A DNA stretch of 52,732 nucleotides. Source: a virus (lineage: Duplodnaviria; Caudoviricetes). The DNA is taken from positions 1-52,732 of the IMG/VR virus record IMGVR_UViG_3300017913_000199. The stretch is one strand, 5' to 3'. Within the stretch, counting starts at the first letter, position 1, and every line of letters begins with the position of its first letter. Positions 9,347 to 16,838 of the stretch are shown piece after piece. The notes below the pieces were generated by a model. The model did not search any database and had not been told where the DNA came from. It worked only from the letters and a program-made list of their open reading frames with translations. Position numbers and translations under genes: made by a program.

Positions 9347-9438
9347 AAGACCCCCCGGGAAATAACCCATTACCCCCCGGCTACCCCTACACGTCGGTTT
9401 CATACCCCTTCGGGATACCCCGTTGGGGTCTTTTTTTG
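9347..9438 (+). ncRNA. Putative ~90-nt small RNA
   Basis: Begins at the predicted +1; AAGACCCC pairs with GGGGTCTT; ends in hairpin ACCCC-GTT-GGGGT plus a T-run; no credible ORF. Confidence 0.55.
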
Positions 9439-9491
9439 CCTAAACTCCGCCGGGGTAACCCGCCGGGGCACCCCTACACGTCGGTTTCATA
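9383..9491 (+). repeat. 22-bp perfect direct repeat ACCCCTACACGTCGGTTTCATA (9383-9404 and 9470-9491)
   Basis: Direct reading of the sequence. Confidence 0.95.
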
Positions 9492-9826
9492 GCCATATCG
9501 GTAACCCCTCAAATATAAAATTGCTGTCGGGATTGCATACAGATACCGGTACCCCCCGGGTGGCCCTTGTGTACCCCATAGGGGCGTCCCCCATTGCCAA
9601 TGCCGTGGATCACCATCGACAGACAAACCCACAAAACCGCCGCGCATATTTTCCCCGCCTATATCGCGCCGTTTGTTTCTTTTTTTTAGTCCCCGTTGAC
9701 ACCTTGCCCATATAGAAAACCTGCACGGCAAGCCGTAGAGGTCAACATAACACACAAAACAAACACCCCCGACGCTGGATTTGTCCCGCAATATCAAACC
9801 CAAACCGGATATTTCAGGCGATAGTC

Positions 9827-9861
9827 AAAAAAGAACCCCGCCGTACTAGCCAAGCGGGGTT
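9827..9861 (-). terminator. Intrinsic terminator ending the early operon
   Basis: AACCCCGC/GCGGGGTT stem with adjacent A-run on the plus strand. Confidence 0.75.
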
Positions 9862-9888
9862 AAGTTGGGAGGAAATGCGTCGGTTTCG

Positions 9889-10053
9889 TTAGCCGGTTTC
9901 GATTTCTTCAATCGCATCTATTAGAAGATCGCCGATTGTGTCTTCGTTATCTGTCCCGCCATGAACCCGTTTTAAGTGCAACAGGTTGTGTGCTTTCAGC
10001 GTTTTGTAAACATCGACGAGATTGAAATAAGCATTATTACTAGGATCAGTCAT
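9889..10053 (-). CDS. Hypothetical early protein
   Basis: MTDPSNN start with GAGGA RBS. Confidence 0.65.
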   Translation of the reverse strand: MTDPSNNAYFNLVDVYKTLKAHNLLHLKRVHGGTDNEDTIGDLLIDAIEEIETG

Positions 10054-10072
10054 TTTTTCCTCTTCTCTTGAG

Positions 10073-10183
10073 TTACTGCCTGAAGTCTTCTTTTGCATGT
10101 TCCCAGAGCGTTGCAAATAGGCACCAACAAGCAATCAAAACCCATGCCAGCAACACTAGCATGATCACGTTAGCTATTGTCAT
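10073..10183 (-). CDS. 36-aa single-TM membrane peptide
   Basis: Manual translation MTIANVIMLVLLAWVLIACWCLFATLWEHAKEDFRQ, GAGG RBS. Confidence 0.55.
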   Translation of the reverse strand: MTIANVIMLVLLAWVLIACWCLFATLWEHAKEDFRQ

Positions 10184-10415
10184 CGCTGGCCTCTTTAACT
10201 GTCAGGTTAAGCCGTGCAATGGTGCGCGGGTTGTCGGTTGCATGCGTGTAATGATCAAAGCCCAATGTTCGAAGCAGTGTTTTTGCCGCCGATGCCTGTG
10301 TTTCGAGTGCTTCAATAGACTGCAAAATCAGGTCGGCTTCTACTGTGGTAATGGCAACCACGCGCTTTGCGTCGGTTTCGAAATTGTCTTTATTCAGTGA
10401 AATTGTGCTTTTCAT
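10170..10415 (-). CDS. Hypothetical early protein
   Basis: MKSTISL start after AAAGGA RBS. Confidence 0.7.
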   Translation of the reverse strand: MKSTISLNKDNFETDAKRVVAITTVEADLILQSIEALETQASAAKTLLRTLGFDHYTHATDNPRTIARLNLTVKEASDDNS

Positions 10416-10495
10416 AACGTCTGTTCCTTTTCGTTGGTTTAAGTGAGACTGGCAACACCGCGCTGCCAGCCCCAATATTGTTAGTCGGTTTCGGA

Positions 10496-10870
10496 TTAGC
10501 TTGCAAGCCGATATTTTGGCAAGCGATATCCCCGCCGGACACTAACGATTTCGTAACCATGCCCCCGCAACCGATGAATGGCGTTTTGCACCGCCTTTCT
10601 ATCGCACCCAGTTTCGCGGCAAAGCGTGTTGATATTGACGCCGTGTTTACGACTGGCAAGAGTCCGATAGATTCGGGCAAGCTGAGAATTCGGACGAAAC
10701 GGGCGTCTATCTTTGCCCCGCTGCCCCCGCGTTTTCTGCCGCGACTCGTCGGCTTCACCCGTGCCGAATTCACCCCGCAATTTAGAAAGCAGTTCCTGCC
10801 GGATATCTTGCCGGACAGCCGACACAAGTTGGTTGCAAAGCTCTTGGATGTGTTCGTTGTTGGTTGTCAT
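10496..10870 (-). CDS. Winged-helix DNA-binding protein
   Basis: GVNINTLCRETGCDRKAVQNAIHRLRGHGYEIVS HTH-plus-wing pattern; AAAGGA RBS. Confidence 0.7.
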   Translation of the reverse strand: MTTNNEHIQELCNQLVSAVRQDIRQELLSKLRGEFGTGEADESRQKTRGQRGKDRRPFRPNSQLARIYRTLASRKHGVNINTLCRETGCDRKAVQNAIHRLRGHGYEIVSVRRGYRLPKYRLAS

Positions 10871-10894
10871 TTTATCGGTTTCCTTTCTTTCCGA

Positions 10895-10972
10895 TTAAAG
10901 GATCATTAGAAGAATAGTTACAAGCACGATGATCCAAACGAGCTTGTAAATGGTTGCGATCAGTTCTGCCAT
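10895..10972 (-). CDS. 25-aa membrane peptide
   Basis: MAELIATIYKLVWIIVLVTILLMIL, coupled to the upstream stop. Confidence 0.5.
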   Translation of the reverse strand: MAELIATIYKLVWIIVLVTILLMIL

Positions 10973-10973
10973 A

Positions 10974-11987
10974 TTATGCCGCAAGCCCCTCAAGATATAA
11001 CCATGACGGCGACGTGATAACGTTCCGAACATCGTCGTTGCGTTTACGCTGCACCATGTGTTGGCTGGCTGTGTTCTTGCCAGTCTGCCGGTCAACACCA
11101 TCTGCCCCAGTCCATGTCACGTTTGTATGGGTTGCCCAATGGGTAAGAGCATTATAGGCCGCCCACATGGTTGAACCCAGTTCCTGCTTTTCCGCATTGA
11201 ATTGGTGCATTAGGTAATTGAACAAACGTTCGTTGACTGGTTTAACCTTGCCTTGTTCGGCTGCTGCCCCAGATTTATAGCAAACAGTTTGCGCCAAGAT
11301 ATCCCCGAATTGTTCATCGGATAACTTAGCACCCCGCCACAATTGCATCTGGTCAAGCTGATTTTCCCACATAGACAAACCCATTGCCGCCTTGCTAATC
11401 AATGCGGTTGGCTCAAGATTTTTGGTGTGTTTTGATTTTTGGTGGTAAGCCTTTTCCCCGCCGAAAACTAGCGTATTGCGGCACAGGTCACGATAAGCCC
11501 CACTGAATATCTGGAAAGCCCAACTCATATCAATACTGTTGAAGATATCCATGCGGCAGACAACGTTATCCTGCTTTTCACCGACGCCATGCTGCAAGTC
11601 TAAAAAATGCACAGTCCGATGAGCACGCAGCCCCCCGTCGTAGATTCGATCCATGACCGCAACGTTACTGGTCGGCAAGTCGGTTGCACCCAAGACATCG
11701 GCATGGTTGGCAAATAGTTCATCATGCGGCACAAGTTTATAGCTGGAACCGACAGGTCGGGTCTTTAACACTTCCCCAGTTGCCGTATTCTGCAAAGCCG
11801 AATAATCGGGCATCGGCTGATACTCGTTCAATTCGAAATCGCTATAATGTTGAGCGGTTACCGCCTCAATTGGCACCCGCTGCACCGAACCCATATCTTT
11901 AAAAATAGATATGTCGGCAATGTTGTTGTGTTCATAGACGGCCGCGCCGCCATCGGTTTTGTATTCAGGTTGGATTAAATCAAACAT
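10974..11987 (-). CDS. DUF932-family protein
   Basis: YKLVPH, NSIDMSWAF...RDLCRNTL and TMWAAYNALT motifs; start MFDLIQ after AAAGGA. Confidence 0.8.
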   Translation of the reverse strand: MFDLIQPEYKTDGGAAVYEHNNIADISIFKDMGSVQRVPIEAVTAQHYSDFELNEYQPMPDYSALQNTATGEVLKTRPVGSSYKLVPHDELFANHADVLGATDLPTSNVAVMDRIYDGGLRAHRTVHFLDLQHGVGEKQDNVVCRMDIFNSIDMSWAFQIFSGAYRDLCRNTLVFGGEKAYHQKSKHTKNLEPTALISKAAMGLSMWENQLDQMQLWRGAKLSDEQFGDILAQTVCYKSGAAAEQGKVKPVNERLFNYLMHQFNAEKQELGSTMWAAYNALTHWATHTNVTWTGADGVDRQTGKNTASQHMVQRKRNDDVRNVITSPSWLYLEGLAA

Positions 11988-12065
11988 GTCCGTTTTCCTT
12001 TCGTTGATTGAACATACCATATTTAAATCAGAAATTGACTGCACGGGCAAATAAAAAATGCAGAT

Positions 12066-12096
12066 AAAAAACGGGACGGGAAAAAATCCCGCCCCG
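12066..12096 (-). terminator. Intrinsic terminator
   Basis: CGGGACGGGA/TCCCGCCCCG stem plus A-run on the plus strand. Confidence 0.65.
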
Positions 12097-12231
12097 CCCC
12101 GATGGATCAGCCCCCAACTCAACTGATCCGATGATGCCACCGCCGCCGGAACCAACAACCGATGCGGCATGGCACCCCAAAAAACAAAGATAGGCATTGA
12201 CAATATTTTAAGCATAGCCTGACAAAATTTG

Positions 12232-12915
12232 TTAGTGGGTTTGAAATAAAACCTGCATATCTTTTGCCGCCCAGCATATCGTACAGGTTGAACACGATTC
12301 GGTTTGCCCCGTTTGTTCTGGACAGATTACAGATTTGTTTTTTGCTGGCTTGATTAAGTCGGCACTGTTCGCGCTAAACTTATAATCGGGTGCGTTGCTA
12401 AAACGAACAGCGAATCGGTCACCATAGCCAACCTGTACAGCGCGAATAGCCAAGCCAATATCACTTGTCGGTTTATATCCGGTAAATCCCCAGATAGCTA
12501 AATTGTCAAATTTACGCAACAGTTCGCCCCATAGCAAAACATATTCTTTAGAATAGAAATCGCCCAGAACATGCAGCCGGATAATCACCCCGCGATAGGT
12601 CGCGCAAAGTTCCGCAACTTCTTTTTTCAATGCGGTTTCAAGTTCAAGGCCGTGCTGGATACGATGCCCAAACATCATATTGTTACCATAGCAATCATCC
12701 CAGTGATAGCAATAGCGGGGACAGGTTGCCCGTTCTTCTAATGTGAGGGTATAAATCACATATCCTTTAAACTTGCCCTTTTTGATTACGGGCAATTTAT
12801 CTTTGCTTAGCTTTTTATTTTTAGACTGTTTCAAAACCGATTTGGATTCGGCAACTGTGCGGCGGCTCTTTGGGTACATAGTCGCGGCGGGTTTGTTTAT
12901 ATCTGCTTTTTTCAT
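12232..12915 (-). CDS. GP88-like Cys-rich phage protein
   Basis: TCPxxCxxxxxCY, IRLHVLGDF, C-terminal CP...CxxCxxC. Confidence 0.65.
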   Translation of the reverse strand: MKKADINKPAATMYPKSRRTVAESKSVLKQSKNKKLSKDKLPVIKKGKFKGYVIYTLTLEERATCPRYCYHWDDCYGNNMMFGHRIQHGLELETALKKEVAELCATYRGVIIRLHVLGDFYSKEYVLLWGELLRKFDNLAIWGFTGYKPTSDIGLAIRAVQVGYGDRFAVRFSNAPDYKFSANSADLIKPAKNKSVICPEQTGQTESCSTCTICWAAKDMQVLFQTH

Positions 12916-13172
12916 TAGCTATACACCCCGCTCAGCATAACAACACCGTCACCACACTGGCACGAAACAGGCGCGTCGGTTTCAATCCAAACACGCGCAC
13001 CACATGATAATGGTTTATTAGGTGAATAAACAACAGTAGACGCACCGCCAATATCTACACGGTCGGCATAAATATTGCGCTTGCTAGTTTTAACTGTAAT
13101 TGCGGGGTCGGTTGTCCCGTTCTTTTTATTTGCACGAATAACGTGCTGATTAATGTGAATTCGTTTTTTCAT
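12915..13172 (-). CDS. Conserved marine phage hypothetical protein
   Basis: IHINQHVIR...PLSCGARVWIET pattern. Confidence 0.8.
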   Translation of the reverse strand: MKKRIHINQHVIRANKKNGTTDPAITVKTSKRNIYADRVDIGGASTVVYSPNKPLSCGARVWIETDAPVSCQCGDGVVMLSGVYS

Positions 13173-13306
13173 CGGTTGGTTTCCTTATTTTTTACAATTT
13201 CAAAATCAAGGCTTCCATCTTCTGCCAGTTCTGCGATATAGTCAAGCACATCGGACAGAGTTACTATTTCCCTTTCGAATTCTAATCTTATTACAACTTC
13301 AATCAT
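13169..13306 (-). CDS. 45-aa hypothetical protein
   Basis: Manual translation MIEVVIRLEFERE...; AAAGGA RBS; ATGA coupling to the next gene. Confidence 0.6.
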   Translation of the reverse strand: MIEVVIRLEFEREIVTLSDVLDYIAELAEDGSLDFEIVKNKETNR

Positions 13307-13341
13307 CGGTCGGTTCCTTTTCGTTTGTTGGTTTGCAAACG

Positions 13342-13536
13342 TTAAGGATAAAATCCGCGATGGTCAAGCGGTTTTATTTTGGCACCCTGTTTTTTTAGAT
13401 AACATTTAGGACAGTAAAATAAACTATTTACATAAACCATTGAGGGTTCACCGCAATCATAACACGGATAATCGCGGCTAAGTGTTGTCTTGTTATTTTT
13501 ATTTACAGTATTTTGGCTGACAAAATTCATTGACAA
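13342..13536 (-). CDS. Small zinc-ribbon protein
   Basis: CxxC...CxxC; start uncertain. Confidence 0.55.
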   Translation of the reverse strand: MSMNFVSQNTVNKNNKTTLSRDYPCYDCGEPSMVYVNSLFYCPKCYLKKQGAKIKPLDHRGFYP

Positions 13537-13545
13537 AATCCCCCG

Positions 13546-13746
13546 TTAAAATTTAGGTAAATAAAGTCTGCCATCTAATAATGCGGCTGACAATATTTTA
13601 AGCTGACAATTTTCTACAGTGACATCCCTGCCGTTCCACTCACCGTCGCTGACAATATTACGCAATCTTTTGCGTTCTAGGTTGACATTAATTAAGCGTG
13701 GATCGCTTGCCATGTCAGGGTACATGGGGTCTATGTACATGCTCAT
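13546..13746 (-). CDS. Hypothetical protein
   Basis: ATGA-coupled ORF. Confidence 0.6.
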   Translation of the reverse strand: MSMYIDPMYPDMASDPRLINVNLERKRLRNIVSDGEWNGRDVTVENCQLKILSAALLDGRLYLPKF

Positions 13747-13946
13747 CGTTTGTCTTCCCAGAAGTTATCCCAAGTTTCCCGCATCAATTCGCCAAGTTCG
13801 TTGTCAGTGAAATGCGCCATCAAGTCACGGTGTGGTTCCATCTGTTGCATAAACTCACCGACAAACTCACAGCCACCGATGATTGATCCGGCAATGTCAA
13901 ACCATTTGTCTTCGTTATCCATTGCCAATGCTTTCATCTTACCCAT
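13743..13946 (-). CDS. Hypothetical protein
   Basis: GAGG RBS, MGKMKALAMD start. Confidence 0.7.
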   Translation of the reverse strand: MGKMKALAMDNEDKWFDIAGSIIGGCEFVGEFMQQMEPHRDLMAHFTDNELGELMRETWDNFWEDKR

Positions 13947-13948
13947 CG

Positions 13949-14140
13949 TTACACCTCGCCTATGTCGTGTATGTCATAATCAAACGTATCAATGTATTCT
14001 GAAACAATCAACCCATTTATCAACGGGTCTAACTTGAATGCTTCGATAGCCAGTTCCTTTGCTTCATCTTCGCTATCCGCCCCAATAGGTACACGGGCTG
14101 AAACCGACGCAACAACATCAACTACAAATTTTCTTTTCAT
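13949..14140 (-). CDS. Hypothetical protein
   Basis: AAGGA RBS. Confidence 0.65.
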   Translation of the reverse strand: MKRKFVVDVVASVSARVPIGADSEDEAKELAIEAFKLDPLINGLIVSEYIDTFDYDIHDIGEV

Positions 14141-14288
14141 CGTTCGCTTCCTTCATCATCAGTTCAGCAATTCTATTAGAGACAGGACGATTGCCTGTCA
14201 ACTTGATTCGTCCCATGCGGTCGTACACAGGTTCAATCTCTAGGATTTGTAAGTCCCGCTTCAGTTCCTTGAATGTCGGTACGTTCAT
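14118..14288 (-). CDS. 56-aa hypothetical protein
   Basis: Manual translation MNVPTFKELKRDLQ...; leader AAAGGAAACCGACGATG. Confidence 0.55.
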   Translation of the reverse strand: MNVPTFKELKRDLQILEIEPVYDRMGRIKLTGNRPVSNRIAELMMKEANDEKKICS

Positions 14289-14508
14289 CGTCGGTTTCCT
14301 TTATTATCTGTGTTGACATTTTGTCCCATTCGCCACGCCGCATACGAAACTTCTTGTTTTGTACTGGTGTGCAAATGCGAACCCACTTGTAACCGACAAC
14401 AGCCCACACGAGCCGTGTGCCGGATACTGGTAATCTCATGTCGAAGAAATCCACGCGGTACAGCTTGGCGTTGTCCCACGCGGCTTCTTTGGGTCTAGCT
14501 ACGTTCAT
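14233..14508 (-). CDS. Hypothetical protein
   Basis: ORF in tightly packed early operon. Confidence 0.65.
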   Translation of the reverse strand: MNVARPKEAAWDNAKLYRVDFFDMRLPVSGTRLVWAVVGYKWVRICTPVQNKKFRMRRGEWDKMSTQIIKETDDERTDIQGTEAGLTNPRD

Positions 14509-14776
14509 CTAAATTAAACTCAAACTTTAGTTTGTCCCGTGCATCTGACAACTCTTGCAATGCATATGCTGACACACATTTGATACCACCCATGTCAGGA
14601 TATAATGCCAAGTCCAAGACATCATCAAGCCACTTCTGTACCTCAATTACAGCGCACCGTTGTTCCATAGACAGTTTACCAATACGGTTTCTGCGCTGTA
14701 TGCGTTCCTTTTCCCGTTGGTTTTCCCAATGGGCTATGCTTTCATCGATTGCCATGTTCTCTAGTTTTTTAGCCAT
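14495..14776 (-). CDS. Hypothetical protein
   Basis: MAKKLE start after GGGAG RBS. Confidence 0.65.
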   Translation of the reverse strand: MAKKLENMAIDESIAHWENQREKERIQRRNRIGKLSMEQRCAVIEVQKWLDDVLDLALYPDMGGIKCVSAYALQELSDARDKLKFEFNLDERS

Positions 14777-14984
14777 CGTAGTCATCTCCCTTGTTACGTT
14801 CCTGTAGTTCATCTACATCCACACCGTCACAGATATATGAATAGTCATAGTTGGGTACGTTGAACAGCTTTACTGTGCCATCCTCATTGCGAATGTAGTC
14901 ATCCAGTTCGTAGTTAAATACAGCGACAGGCATATCCCATACGATTACGCTATGATTTATCTGAATCATAGTATTCATCATCAA
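14769..14984 (-). CDS. Hypothetical acidic protein
   Basis: GGGAG RBS. Confidence 0.65.
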   Translation of the reverse strand: MMMNTMIQINHSVIVWDMPVAVFNYELDDYIRNEDGTVKLFNVPNYDYSYICDGVDVDELQERNKGDDYDG

Positions 14985-14990
14985 TCTCCC

Positions 14991-15227
14991 TTACAGTAGT
15001 TGGTCAGTACCATCAACGCCCATCAGGTTCATCACATCCCTAGTCAGGCTGTCAATCAATTCATAAACATCATTGACAGGCCAATATTCTAGCGGTTCCC
15101 ATGCGTTGTCCTCAAAAAACTTATCTAACTTTTCTTCAGGCCAGTCTGCCCAATCATCAGGCAAATGTTGGCATAGGAAGTGTCCAGACATTCTAGCAAA
15201 TATTTGTTGTTCAGTCATCTTAGCCAT
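14991..15227 (-). CDS. Hypothetical acidic protein
   Basis: AAAGGA RBS. Confidence 0.7.
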   Translation of the reverse strand: MAKMTEQQIFARMSGHFLCQHLPDDWADWPEEKLDKFFEDNAWEPLEYWPVNDVYELIDSLTRDVMNLMGVDGTDQLL

Positions 15228-15256
15228 CGTTCGTTCCTTTCATTGATTAACGATAC

Positions 15257-15289
15257 ATAACCAATATCGGTTATCAAACAGGCTGTCAA
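15257..15289 (-). promoter_or_regulatory. Putative early promoter with overlapping imperfect palindrome ATAACCAATATCGGTTAT
   Basis: TTGACA-17bp-TATTGG on the minus strand; palindrome 15257-15274 covers the -10. Confidence 0.5.
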
Positions 15290-15290
15290 C

Positions 15291-15330
15291 AAAAAAAGAA
15301 ACGGGGCTGGAAAATTAATTCCAACCCCGC
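15291..15330 (-). terminator. Intrinsic terminator
   Basis: CGGGGCTGGAA/TTCCAACCCCG stem plus A-run. Confidence 0.7.
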
Positions 15331-15355
15331 TCCCCAACCAACGAACGAAACAACC

Positions 15356-15610
15356 TTACGCAACCTCGTAAGGTATCCCTAGTTTTAGCACCACCTGTTT
15401 GTGTTCGTCAAGCCATTTTTTACATTCCCACCGACTTTTTCCGACAAACAATACAACGTGACGCAGATAGTCTACACAATCTTTTGACTTCACCAATTCA
15501 CGATCTGTCTCACCAATACGCACGGATGATACAGGAACACACAAAGACCACATGTAGTCACTGCGTTCGACAATTTCTATTTCAAGTTTTTTAGTCTTCA
15601 AGGATTTCAT
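15356..15610 (-). CDS. Hypothetical protein
   Basis: ORF coupled to upstream gene. Confidence 0.7.
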   Translation of the reverse strand: MKSLKTKKLEIEIVERSDYMWSLCVPVSSVRIGETDRELVKSKDCVDYLRHVVLFVGKSRWECKKWLDEHKQVVLKLGIPYEVA

Positions 15611-15797
15611 CTGATTCTTCTTTCAAAGCGTCTAAGTAAATATCTATGGCTTCCCTGATTAGGTCAGCTACTGCCACTTGTTCTAGGCTTTTCTTCTGCA
15701 TCTCTTTAGCAAAAACCGACAATTCATCAAACTGTTTTTGTTTCATCAACAGAACGTATGTCTTAGTCGGCTCATCTATCTTTGGTGGTCGAGCCAT
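15591..15797 (-). CDS. Ribbon-helix-helix (CopG/Arc-like) regulator
   Basis: Beta strand KTYVLLM, helix, then VADLIREAIDIYL. Confidence 0.7.
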   Translation of the reverse strand: MARPPKIDEPTKTYVLLMKQKQFDELSVFAKEMQKKSLEQVAVADLIREAIDIYLDALKEESDEILED

Positions 15798-15921
15798 CCT
15801 TCATTTCCTTTTTAGATAGTTTATCCAATTTACTTTTCTTCTTATTAGGTATAACCTGTTTATTATATTTTCTATCCCCTAATAGTTTAGCTATAGGGTT
15901 TATTTTATTATATGTTTTCAT
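15772..15921 (-). CDS. 49-aa basic protein, weakly ArfA-like
   Basis: Manual translation MKTYNKINPIAKLLGDRKYNKQVIPNKKKSK... Confidence 0.55.
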   Translation of the reverse strand: MKTYNKINPIAKLLGDRKYNKQVIPNKKKSKLDKLSKKEMKDGSTTKDR

Positions 15922-15998
15922 AGTAGGTTATCCCCATAGGGTATGTTAAATAAATAGGTAGCACGGCCTGTCAAGTCGTGTCAACCAAAAAAATGCAG

Positions 15999-16027
15999 TT
16001 GACAAGGTTTGATGTATCGATTATTCC
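15999..16027 (+). promoter_or_regulatory. Promoter of the replication operon (possibly leaderless mRNA)
   Basis: TTGACA-17bp-TATTCC; ATG at 16035 lies at the predicted +1. Confidence 0.6.
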
Positions 16028-16034
16028 TTGTGAC

Positions 16035-16838
16035 ATGAAATCACCGAACTGGCTAAAAGGTTATGTTGAGTCGCTGGACATCCAGCCGTTGGGACGCTAT
16101 CGGTCTGACTGCCCTGTGTGTGGCAAGTCGAATACGTTTAGCGTAACCGACGATGGATTGCAACGCATGTGGTTTTGTTTTCATGCAGACTGCAATGTGT
16201 CTGGTCGTACCGGTATCACACTATCACGACAACATGCAAATGGTGTATTCAAGCGGTCACAGGCAAATGTGCCTGTTCCCCGTACTGGTAACACTTACGA
16301 ACTGCCGCCGACATTTGTTAGTCTTTCTCGTAACTTAGACGCTGAACTTTATGTAAAACGTGTACACGCATACGATGCATACCTTGCTGGTCGTGCTGAC
16401 ATTCGGTATGATTTTAAACGGAACAGGGTTGCATACATAGTCAAGGCTGACAATAAAATCGTAGATGCAGCAGGACGTTCCTTAGATGGACGTAATCCGA
16501 AGTGGTACAGATATAACAATGCGTCTGTTCCTTTTGCTTGCGGTGACAATAATACAGCTATAATTGTTGAAGATTGTGCAAGTGCATGTGCAGTCAGCAA
16601 CTTAGTAGCTGGTGTGGCTTTGTTGGGAACCAACTTGTCAGATGAACACGTTGACTTTTTATCCAAGTACAAAAGGGTTTTTGTCGCGCTTGACAAAGAT
16701 GCAACCGACAAAGCACTTGACATGGTGAAGATTCTATGTAGAAAAATACCGACAAAGCTAATGGTATTAAGTCAAGATTTGAAAAACCTAAACAACGAGG
16801 AACGAGATGAGTTCATACGATCCCATATCAATAGATAA
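16035..16838 (+). CDS. DNA primase
   Basis: Zn finger CPVC...CFHADC, TOPRIM IVED and ALDKDA. Confidence 0.9.
   Translation: MKSPNWLKGYVESLDIQPLGRYRSDCPVCGKSNTFSVTDDGLQRMWFCFHADCNVSGRTGITLSRQHANGVFKRSQANVPVPRTGNTYELPPTFVSLSRNLDAELYVKRVHAYDAYLAGRADIRYDFKRNRVAYIVKADNKIVDAAGRSLDGRNPKWYRYNNASVPFACGDNNTAIIVEDCASACAVSNLVAGVALLGTNLSDEHVDFLSKYKRVFVALDKDATDKALDMVKILCRKIPTKLMVLSQDLKNLNNEERDEFIRSHINR

Noticed and set aside
9383-9491. 22-bp repeats as a mini-CRISPR or TIGR array
   Set aside because: Only two copies, a 65-bp gap containing a terminator, a non-palindromic repeat, and no cas or Nop-domain gene recognised
9296-9803. ORFs 9296-9715 (+) and 9474-9803 (-)
   Set aside because: No RBS, atypical composition, and they overlap the promoter, repeats and terminator
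13516-13610. TGACA repeats as Pho boxes
   Set aside because: Spacings of 13 and 16 bp do not match the 11-bp PhoB periodicity
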